DNA of 64,000 nucleotides from Balanoglossus misakiensis. Lineage: Eukaryota; Animalia; Hemichordata. Position 1 is the stretch's first letter. Each line of letters starts with the position of its first letter. Below the pieces are notes generated by a model. The model was not told the origin of the DNA. It searched no databases and saw nothing but the letters and a program-made list of their open reading frames with translations. Positions 15,001 through 27,100 of the stretch are shown in pieces. The position numbers and the translations under genes are program-made. The stretch lies in assembly GCA_040954595.2 (NCBI GenBank), contig CM082593.2, forward strand, positions 5,287,434 through 5,351,433. Reading direction: 5' to 3'.

Positions 15001-18000
15001 AAAAACCACCAAATTTTGAAATTTCGCGAAGTCGAAAAATTGACATTTCTGGATGATTTTCATGAGCTATAACCCATGATTTTTATCCAAAAACCACCAA
15101 ATTTTGAAATTTCGCGAAGTCGAAAAATTGACATTTCTGGATGATTTTCATGAGCTATAACCCATGGTTTTTATCCAAAAACCACCAAATTTTGAAATTT
15201 CGCGAAGTCGAAAAATTGACATTTCTGGATGAATTTCATGAGCTATAACCCATGGTTTTTATCCAAAAACCACCAAATTTTGAAATTTCGCGAAGTCGAA
15301 AAATTGACATTTCTGGATGATTTTCATGAGCTATAACCCATGGTTTTTATCCAAAAACCACCAAATTTTGAAATTTCGCGAAGTCGAAAAATTGACATTT
15401 CTGGATGATTTTCATGAGCTATAACCCATGATTTTTGTCAAAAAACCACCAAATTTTGAAATTTCGCGAAGTCGAAAAATTGACATTTCTGGATGATTTT
15501 CATGAGCTATAACCCATGGTTTTTGTCCAAAAAACACCAAATTTTGAAATTTCGCGAAGTCGAAAAATTGACATTTCTGGATGATTTTCATGAGCTATAA
15601 CCCATGGTTTTTGTCCAAAAACCACCAAATTTTGAAATTTCGCGAAGTCGAAAAATTGACATTTCTGGATGATTTTCATGAGCTATAACCCATGGTTTTT
15701 GTCCAAAAACCACCAAATTTTGAAATTTCGCGAAGTCGAAAAATTGACATTTCTGGATGATTTTCATGAGCTATAACCCATGGTTTTTGTCCAAAAACCA
15801 CCAAATTTTGAAATTTCGCGAAGTCGAAAAATTGACATTTCTGGATGATTTTCATGAGCTATAACCCATGGTTTTTATCCAAAAACCACCAAATTTTTGC
15901 AATTTCGCGAAGTCGAAAAATTGACATTTCTGGATGATTTTCATGAGCTATAACCCATGGTTTTTATCCAAAAACCACCAAATTTTGAAATTTCGCGAAG
16001 TCGAAAAATTGACATTTCTGGAGGATTTTCATGAGCTATAACCCATGGTTTTTGTCCAAAAACCACCAAATTTTGAAATTTCGCGAAGTCGAAAAATTGA
16101 CATTTCTGGATGATTTTCATGAGCTATAACCCATGGTTTTTGTCCAAAAACCACCAAATTTTGAAATTTCGCGAAGTCGAAAAATTGACATTTCTGGATG
16201 ATTTTCATGAGCTATAACCCATGGTTTTTGTCCAAAAACCACCAAATTTTGAAATTTCGCGAAGTCGAAAAATCGACATTTCTGGATGATTTTCATGAGC
16301 TATAACCCATGGTTTTTGTCCAAAAACCACCAAATTTTGAAATTTCGCGAAGTCGAAAAATTGACATTTCTGGATGATTTTCATGAGCTATAACCCATGG
16401 TTTTTAGTCCAAAAACCACCAAATTTTGAAATTTCGCGAAGTCGAAAAATTGACATTTCTGGATGATTTTCATGAGCTATAACCCATGGTTTTTATCCAA
16501 AAACCACCAAATTTTGAAATTTAGCGAAGTCGAAAAATTGACATTTTTGGATGATTTTCATGAGCTATAACCCATGGTTTTTATCCAAAAACCACCAAAT
16601 TTTGAAATTTCGCGAAGTCGAAAAATTGACATTTCTGGATGATTTTCATGTGCTATAACCCATGGTTTTTATCCAAAAACCACCAAATTTTGAAATTTCG
16701 CGAAGTCGAAAAATTGACATTTCTGGATGATTTTCATGAGCTATAACCCATGGTTTTTATCCAAAAACCACCAAATTTTTGAAATTTCGCGAAGTCGAAA
16801 AATAGACATTTCTGGATGATTTTCATGAGCTATAACCCATGGTTTTTATCCAAAAACCACCAAATTTTGAAATTTCGCGAAGTCGAAAAATTGACATTTC
16901 TGGAGGATTTTCATGAGCTATAACCCATGGTTTTTGTCCAAAAACCACCAAATTTTGAAATTTCGCGAAGTCGAAAAATTGACATTTCTGGATGATTTTC
17001 ATGAGCTATAACCCATGGTTTTTGTCCAAAAACCACCAAATTTTGAAATTTCGCGAAGTCGAAAAATTGACATTTCTGGATGATTTTCATGAGCTATAAC
17101 CCATGGTTTTTGTCCAAAAACCACCAAATTTTGAAATTTCGCGAAGTCGAAAAATTGACATTTCTGGATGATTTTCATGAGCTATAACCCATGGTTTTTG
17201 TCCAAAAACCACCAAATTTTGAAATTTCGCGAAGTCGAAAAATTGACATTTCTGGATGATTTTCATGAGCTATAACCCATGGTTTTTGTCCAAAAACCAC
17301 CAAATTTTGAAATTTCGCGAAGTCGAAAAATTGACATTTCTGGATGATTTTCATGAGCTATAACCCATGGTTTTAGTCCAAAAACCACCAAATTTTGAAA
17401 TTTCGCGAAGTCGAAAAATTGACATTTCTGGATGATTTTCATGAGCTATAACCCATGGTTTTTATCCAAAACCACCAAATTTTGAAATTTAGCGAAGTCG
17501 AAAAATTGACATTTTTGGATGATTTTCATGAGCTATAACCCATGGTTTTTATCCAAAAACCACCAAATTTTGAAATTTCGCGAAGTCGAAAAATTGACAT
17601 TTCTGGATGATTTTCATGAGCTATAACCCATGGTTTTTATCCAAAAACCACCAAATTTTGAAATTTCGCGAAGTCGAAAAATTGACATTTCTGGATGATT
17701 TTCATGAGCTATAACCCATGGTTTTTATCCAAAAACCACCAAATTTTGAAATTTAGCGAAGTCGAAAAATTGACATTTCTGGATGATTTTCATGAGCTAT
17801 AACCCATGGTTTTTATCCAAAAACCACCAAATATTGAAATTTCGCGAAGTCGAAAAATTGACATTTCTGGATGATTTTCATGAGCTATAACCCATGGTTT
17901 TTATCCAAAAACCACCAAATTTTGAAATTTCGCGAAGTCGAAAAATTGACATTTCTGGATGATTTTCATGAGCTATAACCCATGGTTTTTATCCAAAAAC

Positions 18001-18141
18001 CACCAAATTTTGAATTTAGCGAAGTCGAAAAATTGACATTTCTGGATGATTTTCATGAGCTATAACCCATGGTTTTTATCCAAAAACCACCAAATTTTGA
18101 AATTTCGCGAAGTCGAAAAATTGACATTTCTGGATGATTTT
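1..18141 (+). repeat. 88-bp tandem satellite array, arm 1 (about 206 monomers; continues beyond window start)
   Basis: Consensus CATTTCTGGATGATTTTCATGAGCTATAACCCATGGTTTTT[A/G]TCCAAAAACCACCAAATTTTGAAATTTCGCGAAGTCGAAAAATTGA. It restarts at 1, 89, 177 and in exact phase at 1321, 2641, 3961 (15x88 steps). Confidence 0.99.
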
Positions 18142-21100
18142 GATAAAAACCATGGGTTATAGCTCATGAAAATCATCCAGAAATGTCAATTTTTCGACTT
18201 CGCGAAATTTCAAAATTTGGTGGTTTTTCGACAAAAACCATGGGTTATAGCTCATGAAAATCATCCAGAAATGTCAATTTTTCGACTTCGCGAAATTTCA
18301 AAATTTGGTGGTTTTTGGATAAAAACCATGGGTTATAGCTCATGAAAATCATCCAGAAATGTCAATTTTTCGACTTCGCGAAATTTCAAAATTTGGTGGT
18401 TTTTGGACAAAAACATGGGTTATAGCTCATGAAAATCATCCAGAAATGTCAATTTTTCGACTTCGCGAAATTTCAAAATTTGGTGGTTTTTGGACAAAAA
18501 CCATGGGTTATAGCTCATGAAAATCATCCAGAAATGTCAATTTTTCGACTTCGCGAAATTTCAAAATTTGGTGGTTTTTGGATAAAAACCATGGGTTATA
18601 GCTCATGAAAATCATCCAGAAATGTCAATTTTTCGACTTCGCGAAATTTCAAAAATTTGGTGGTTTTTGGACAAAAACCATGGGTTATAGCTCATGAAAA
18701 TCATCCAGAAATGTCAATTTTTCGACTTCGCGAAATTTCAAAATTTGGTGGTTTTTTGATAAAAACCATGGGTTATAGCTCATGAAATTCATCCAGAAAT
18801 GTCAATTTTTCGACTTCGCGAAATTTCAAAAATTGGTGGTTTTTTGATAAAAACCATGGGTTATAGCTCATGAAAATCATCCAGAAATGTCAATTTTTCG
18901 ACTTCGCGAAATTTCAAAATTTGGTGGTTTTTGGATAAAAACCATGGGTTATAGCTCATGAAAATCATCCAGAAATGTCAATTTTTCGACTTCGCGAAAT
19001 TTCAAAAATTGGTGGTTTTTGGATAAAAACCATGGGTTATAGCTCATGAAAATCATCCAGATATGTCAATTTTTCGACTTCGCGAAATTTCAAAATTTGG
19101 TGGTTTTTGGATAAAAACAATGGGTTATAGCTCATGAAAATCATCCAGAAATGTCAATTTTTCGACTTCGCGAAATTTCAAAATTTGGTGGTTTTTGGAC
19201 AAAAACCATGGGTTATAGCTCATGAAAATCATCCAGAAATGTCAATTTTTCGACTTCGCGAAATTTCAAAATTTTGTGGTTTTTGGACAAAAACCATGGG
19301 TTATAGCTCATGAAAATCATCCAGAAATGTCAATTTTTCGACTTCGCGAAATTTCAAAATTTGGTGGTTTTTGGACAAAAACCATGGGTTATAGCTCATG
19401 AAAATCATCCAGAAATGTCAATTTTTTGACTTCGCGAAATTTCAAAATTTGTGGTTTTTGGACAAAAACCATGGGTTATAGCTCATGAAAATCATCCAGA
19501 AATGTCAATTTTTCGACTTCGCGAAATTTCAAAATTTGGTGGTTTTTGGACAAAAACCATGGGTTATAGCTCATGAAAATCATCCAGAAATGTCAATTTT
19601 TCGACTTCGCGAAATTTCAAAATTTGGTGGTTTTTGGACAAAAACCATGGGTTATAGCTCATGAAAATCATCCAGAAATGTCAATTTTTCGACTTCGCGA
19701 AATTTCAAAATTTGGTGGTTTTTGGACAAAAACCATTGGTTATAGCTCATGAAAATCATCCAGAAATGTCAATTTTCGACTTCGCGAAATTTCAAAATTT
19801 GGTGGTTTTTGGACAAAAACCATGGGTTATAGCTCATGAAAATTATCCAGAAATGTCAATTTTTCGACTTCGCGAAATTTCAAAATTTGGTGGTTTTTGG
19901 ACAAAAACCATGGGTTATAGCTCATGAAAATCATCCAGAAATGTCAATTTTTCGACTTCGCGAAATTTCAAAATTTGGTGGTTTTTGGACAAAAACCATG
20001 GGTTATAGCTCATGAAAATCATCCAGAAATGTCAATTTTTCGACTTCGCGAAATTTCAAAATTTGGTGGTTTTTGGACAAAAACCATGGGTTATAGCTCA
20101 TGAAAATTATCCAGAAATGTCAATTTTTCGACTTCGCGAAAATTTCAAAATTTGGTGGTTTTTTGGACAAAAACCATGGGTTATAGCTCATGAAAATCAT
20201 CCAGAAATGTCAATTTTTCGACTTCGCGAAATTTCAAAATTTGGTGGTTTTTGGACAAAAACCATGGGTTATAGCTCATGAAAATCATCCAGAAATGTCA
20301 ATTTTTCGACTTCGCGAAATTTCAAAATTTGGTGGTTTTTGGACAAAAACCATGGGTTATAGCTCATGAAAATCATCCAGAAATGTCAATTTTTCGACTT
20401 CGCGAAATTTCAAAATTTGGTGGTTTTTGGACAAAAACCATGGTTATAGCTCATGAAAATCATCCAGAAATGTCAATTTTTCGACTTCGCGAAATTTCAA
20501 AATTGGTGGTTTTTGGACAAAAACCATGGGTTATAGCTCATGAAAATCATCCAGAAATGTCAATTTTTCGACTTCGCGAAATTTCAAAATTTGGTGGTTT
20601 TTGGACAAAAACCATGGGTTATAGCTCATGAAAATCATCCAGAAATGTCAATTTTTCGACTTCGCGAAATTTCAAAATTTGGTGGTTTTTGGACAAAAAC
20701 CATGGGTTATAGCTCATGAAAATCATCCAGAAATGTCAATTTTTCGACTTCGCGAAATTTCAAAAATTGGTGGTTTTTGATAAAAACCATGGGTTATAGC
20801 TCATGAAAATCATCCAGAAATGTCAATTTTTCGACTTCGCGAAATTTCAAAATTTGGTGGTTTTTGGATAAAAACCATGGGTTATAGCTCATGAAAATCA
20901 TCCAGAAATGTCAATTTTTCGACTTCGCGAAATTTCAAAAATTGGTGGTTTTGGATAAAAACCATGGGTTATAGCTCATGAAAATCATCCAGATATGTCA
21001 ATTTTTCGACTTCGCGAAATTTCAAAATTTGGTGGTTTTTGGATAAAAACATGGGTTATAGCTCATGAAAATCATCCAGAAATGTCAATTTTTCGACTTC

Positions 21101-24100
21101 GCGAAATTTCAAAATTTGGTGGTTTTTGGATAAAACCATGGGTTATAGCTCATGAAAATCATCCAGAAATGTCAATTTTTCGACTTCGCGAAATTTCAAA
21201 ATTTGGTGGTTTTTGGATAAAAACCATGGGTTATAGCTCATGAAAATCATCCAGAAATGTCAATTTTTCGACTTCGCGAAATTTCAAAATTTGGTGGTTT
21301 TTGGACAAAAACCATGGGTTATAGCTCATGAAAATCATCCAGAAATGTCAATTTTTTGACTTCGCGAAATTTCAAAATTTGGTGGTTTTTGGACAAAAAC
21401 CATGGGTTATAGCTCATGAAAATCATCCAGAAATGTCAATTTTTCGACTTCGCGAAATTTCAAAATTTGGTGGTTTTTGGACAAAAACCATGGGTTATAG
21501 CTCATGAAAATCATCCAGAAATGTCAATTTTTCGACTTCGCGAAATTTCAAAATTTGGTGGTTTTTGGACAAAAACCATGGGTTATAGCTCATGAAAATC
21601 ATCCAGAAATGTCAATTTTTCGACTTCGCGAAATTTCAAAATTTGGTGGTTTTTGGACAAAAACCATGGGTTATAGCTCATGAAAATCATCCAGAAATGT
21701 CAATTTTTCGACTTCGCGAAATTTTCAAAATTTGGTGGTTTTGGACAAAAACCATGGGTTATAGCTCATGAAAATCATCCAGAAATGTCAATTTTTCGAC
21801 TTCGCGAAATTTCAAAATTTGGTGGTTTTTGGACAAAAACCATGGGTTATAGCTCATGAAAATCATCCAGAAATGTCAATTTTTCGACTTCGCGAAATTT
21901 CAAAATTTGGTGGTTTTTGGACAAAAACCATGGGTTATAGCTCATGAAAATCATCCAGAAATGTCAATTTTTCGACTTCGCGAAATTTCAAAATTTGGTG
22001 GTTTTTGGACAAAAACCATGGGTTATAGCTCATGAAAATCATCCAGAAATGTCAATTTTTCGACTTCGCGAAATTTCAAAATTTGGTGGTTTTTGGACAA
22101 AAACCATGGGTTATAGCTCATGAAAATCATCCAGAAATGTCAATTTTTCGACTTCGCGAAATTTCAAAATTGGTGGTTTTTGGACAAAAACCATGGGTTA
22201 TAGCTCATGAAAATCATCCAGAAATGTCAATTTTTCGACTTCGCGAAATTTCAAAATTTGGTGGTTTTTGGACAAAAACCATGGGTTATAGCTCATGAAA
22301 ATCATCCAGAAATGTCAATTTTTCGACTTCGCGAAATTTCAAAATTTGGTGGTTTTTGGACAAAAACCATGGGTTATAGCTCATGAAAATCATCCAGAAA
22401 TGTCAATTTTTCGACTTCGCGAAATTTCAAAATTTGGTGGTTTTTGGACAAAAACCATGGGTTATAGCTCATGAAAATCATCCAGAAATGTCAATTTTTC
22501 GACTTCGCGAAATTTCAAAATTTGGTGGTTTTTTGGACAAAAACCATGGGTTATAGCTCATGAAAATCATCCAGAAATGTCAATTTTTCGACTTCGCGAA
22601 ATTTCAAAATTTGGTGGTTTTTGGACAAAAACCATGGGTTATAGCTCATGAAAATCATCAGAAATGTCAATTTTTCGACTTCGCGAAATTTCAAAATTTG
22701 TGGTTTTTGGACAAAAACCATGGGTTATAGCTCATGAAATCATCCAGAAATGTCAATTTTTCGACTTCGCGAAATTTCAAAAATTGGTGGTTTTTTGATA
22801 AAAACCATGGGTTATAGCTCATGAAAATCATCCAGAAATGTCAATTTTTCGACTTCGCGAAATTTCAAATTTTGGTGGTTTTTGGACAAAAACCATGGGT
22901 TATAGCTCATGAAAATCATCCAGAAATGTCAATTTTTCGACTTCGCGAAATTTCAAAATTTGGTGGTTTTTGGACAAAAACCATGGGTTATAGCTCATGA
23001 AAGTCATCCAGAAATATCAATTTTTCGACTTCGCGAAATTTCAAAATTTGGTGGTTTTTGGACAAAAACCATGGGTTATAGCTCATGAAAATCATCCAGA
23101 AATGTCAATTTTTCGACTTCGCGAAATTTCAAAATTTGGTGGTTTTTGGACAAAAACCATGGGTTATAGCTCATGAAAATCATCCAGAAATGTCAATTTT
23201 TCGACTTCGCGAAATTTCAAAATTTGGTGGTTTTTGGACAAAAACCATGGGTTATAGCTCATGAAAATCATCCAGAAATGTCAATTTTTCGACTTCGCGA
23301 AATTTTCAAAATTTGGTGGTTTTTGGACAAAAACCATGGGTTATAGCTCATGAAAATCATCCAGAAATGTCAATTTTTCGACTTCGCGAAATTTCAAAAT
23401 TTGGTGGTTTTTGGACAAAAACCATGGGTTATAGCTCATGAAAATCATCCAGAAATGTCAATTTTTCGACTTCGCGAAATTTCAAAATTTGGTGGTTTTT
23501 GGACAAAAACCATGGGTTATAGCTCATGAAAATCATCCAGAAATGTCAATTTTTCGACTTCGCGAAATTTCAAAATTTGGTGGTTTTTGGACAAAAACCA
23601 TGGGTTATAGCTCATGAAAATCATCCAGAAATGTCAATTTTCGACTTCGCGAAATTTCAAAATTTGGTGGTTTTTTGGACAAAAACCATGGGTTATAGCT
23701 CATGAAAATCATCCCAGAAATGTCAATTTTTCGACTTCGCGAAATTTCAAAATTTGGTGGTTTTTGGACAAAAACCATGGGTTATAGCTCATGAAAATCA
23801 TCCAGAAATGTCAATTTTTCGACTTCGCGAAATTTCAAAATTTAGTGGTTTTGGACAAAAACCATGGGTTATAGCTCATGAAAATCATCCAGAAATGTCA
23901 ATTTTTCGACTTCGCGAAATTTCAAAATTTGGTGGTTTTTGGACAAAAACCATGGGTTATAGCTCATGAAAATCATCCAGAAATGTCAATTTTTCGACTT
24001 CGCGAAATTTCAAAATTTGGTGGTTTTTGGACAAAAACCATGGGTTATAGCTCATGAAAATCATCCAGAAATGTCAATTTTTCGACTTCGCGAAATTTCA

Positions 24101-27100
24101 AAATTTGGTGGTTTTTGGATAAAAACCATGGGTTATAGCTCATGAAAATCATCCAGAAATGTCAATTTTTCGACTTCGCGAAATTTCAAAATTTAGTGGT
24201 TTTTGGATAAAAACCATGGGTTATAGCTCATGAAAATCATCCAGAAATGTCAATTTTTCGACTTCGCGAAATTTCAAAAATTGGTGGTTTTTTGATAAAA
24301 ACCATGGGTTATAGCTCATGAAAATCATCCAGAAATGTCAATTTTTCGACTTCGCGAAATTTCAAAATTTTGTGGTTTTTGGATAAAAACCATGGGTTAT
24401 AGCTCATGAAAATCATCCAGAAATGTCAATTTTTCGACTTCGCGAAATTTCAAAATTTGGTGGTTTTTGGACAAAAACCATGGGTTATAGCTCATGAAAA
24501 TCATCCAGAAATGTCAATTTTTCGACTTCGCGAAATTTCAAAATTTGGTGGTTTTTGGACAAAAACCATGGGTTATAGCTCATGAAAATCATCCAGAAAT
24601 GTCAATTTTTCGACTTCGCGAAATTTCAAAATTTGGTGGTTTTTGGACAAAAACCATGGGTTATAGCTCATGAAAATCATCCAGAAATGTCAATTTTTCG
24701 ACTTCGCGAAATTTCAAAATTTGGTGGTTTTTGGACAAAAACCATGGGTTATAGCTCATGAAAATCATCCAGAAATGTCAATTTTTCGACTTCGCGAAAT
24801 TTCAAAATTTGGTGGTTTTTGGACAAAAACCATGGGTTATAGCTCATGAAAATCATCCAGAAATGTCAATTTTTCGACTTCGCGAAATTTCAAAATTTGG
24901 TGGTTTTTGGACAAAAACCATGGGTTATAGCTCATGAAAATCATCCAGAAATGTCAATTTTTCGACTTCGCGAAATTTCAAAATTTGGTGGTTTTTGGAC
25001 AAAAACCATGGGTTATAGCTCATGAAAATCATCCAGAAATGTCAATTTTTCGACTTCGCGAAATTTCAAAATTTGGTGGTTTTTGGACAAAAACCATGGG
25101 TTATAGCTCATGAAAATCATCCAGAAATGTCAATTTTTCGACTTCGCGAAATTTCAAAATTTGGTGGTTTTTGGACAAAAACCATGGGTTATAGCTCATG
25201 AAAATCATCCAGAAATGTCAATTTTTCGACTTCGCGAAATTTCAAAATTTGGTGGTTTTTGGACAAAAACCATGGGTTATAGCTCATGAAAATCATCCAG
25301 AAATGTCAATTTTTCGACTTCGCGAAATTTCAAAATTTGGTGGTTTTTGGACAAAAACCCTGGGTTATAGCTCATGAAAATCATCCAGAAATGTCAATTT
25401 TTCGACTTCGCGAAATTTCAAAATTTGGTGGTTTTTGGACAAAAACCATGGGTTATAGCTCATGAAAATCAACCAGAAATGTCAATTTTTCGACTTCGCG
25501 AAATTTCAAAATTTGGTGGTTTTTGGACAAAAACCATGGGTTATAGCTCATGAAAATCATCCAGAAATGTCAATTTTTCGACTTCGCGAAATTTCAAAAT
25601 TTGGTGGTTTTTGGACAAAAACCATGGGTTATAGCTCATGAAAATCATCCAGAAATGTCAATTTTTCGACTTCGCGAAATTTCAAAATTTGGTGGTTTTT
25701 GGATAAAAACCATGGGTTATAGCTCATGAAAATCATCCAGAAATGTCAATTTTTCGACTTCGCGAAATTTCAAAATTTAGTGGTTTTTGGATAAAAACCA
25801 TGGGTTATAGCTCATGAAAATCATCCAGAAATGTCAATTTTTCGACTTCGCGAAATTTCAAAATTTGGTGGTTTTTGGATAAAAACCATGGGTTATAGCT
25901 CATGAAAATCATCCAGAAATGTCAATTTTTCGACTTCGCGAAATTTCAAAATTTGGTGGTTTTTGGATAAAAACCATGGGTTATAGCTCATGAAAATCAT
26001 CCAGAAATGTCAATTTTTCGACTTCGCGAAATTTCAAAATTTGGTGGTTTTTGGATAAAAACCATGGCTTATAGCTCATGAAAATCATCCAGAAATGTCA
26101 ATTTTTCGACTTCGCGAAATTTCAAAATTTGGTGGTTTTTGGATAAAAACCATGGGTTATAGCTCATGAAAATCATCCAGAAATGTCAATTTTTCGACTT
26201 CGCGAAATTTCAAAATTTGGTGGTTTTTGGATAAAAACCATGGGTTATAGCTCATTAAAATCATCCAGAAATGTCAATTTTTCGACTTCGCGAAATTTCA
26301 AAATTTGGTGGTTTTTGGATAAAAACCATGGCTTATAGCTCATGAAAATCATCCAGAAATGTCAATTTTTCGACTTCGCGAAATTTCAAAATTTGGTGGT
26401 TTTTGGATAAAAACCATGGGTTATAGCTCATGAAAATCATCCAGAAATGTCAATTTTTCGACTTCGCGAAATTTCAAAATTTGGTGGTTTTTGGATAAAA
26501 ACCATGGGTTATAGCTCATGAAAATCATCCAGAAATGTCAATTTTTCGACTTCGCGAAATTTCAAAATTTGGTGGTTTTTGGACAAAAACCATGGCTTAT
26601 AGCTCATGAAAATCATCCAGAAATGTCAATTTTTCGACTTCGCGAAATTTCAAAATTTGGTGGTTTTTGGACAAAAACCATGGCTTATAGCTCATGAAAA
26701 TCATCCAGAAATGTCAATTTTTCGACTTCGCGAAATTTCAAAATTTGGTGGTTTTTGGACAAAAACCATGGGTTATAGCTCATGAAAATCATCCAGAAAT
26801 GTCAATTTTTCGACTTCGCGAAATTTCAAAATTTGGTGGTTTTTGGACAAAAACCATGGGTTATAGCTCATGAAAATCATCCAGAAATGTCAATTTTTCG
26901 ACTTCGCGAAATTTCAAAATTTGGTGGTTTTTGGACAAAAACCATGGGTTATAGCTCATGAAAATCATCCAGAAATGTCAATTTTTCGACTTCGCGAAAT
27001 TTCAAAATTTGGTGGTTTTTGGACAAAAACCATGGGTTATAGCTCATGAAAATCATCCAGAAATGTCAATTTTTTGACTTCGCGAAATTTCAAAATTTGG

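Noticed and set aside
19400-23900. Dense 1-nt indels as biological variants
   Set aside because: Almost all fall in homopolymers and are not shared between duplicated blocks, so they are more likely long-read consensus errors.
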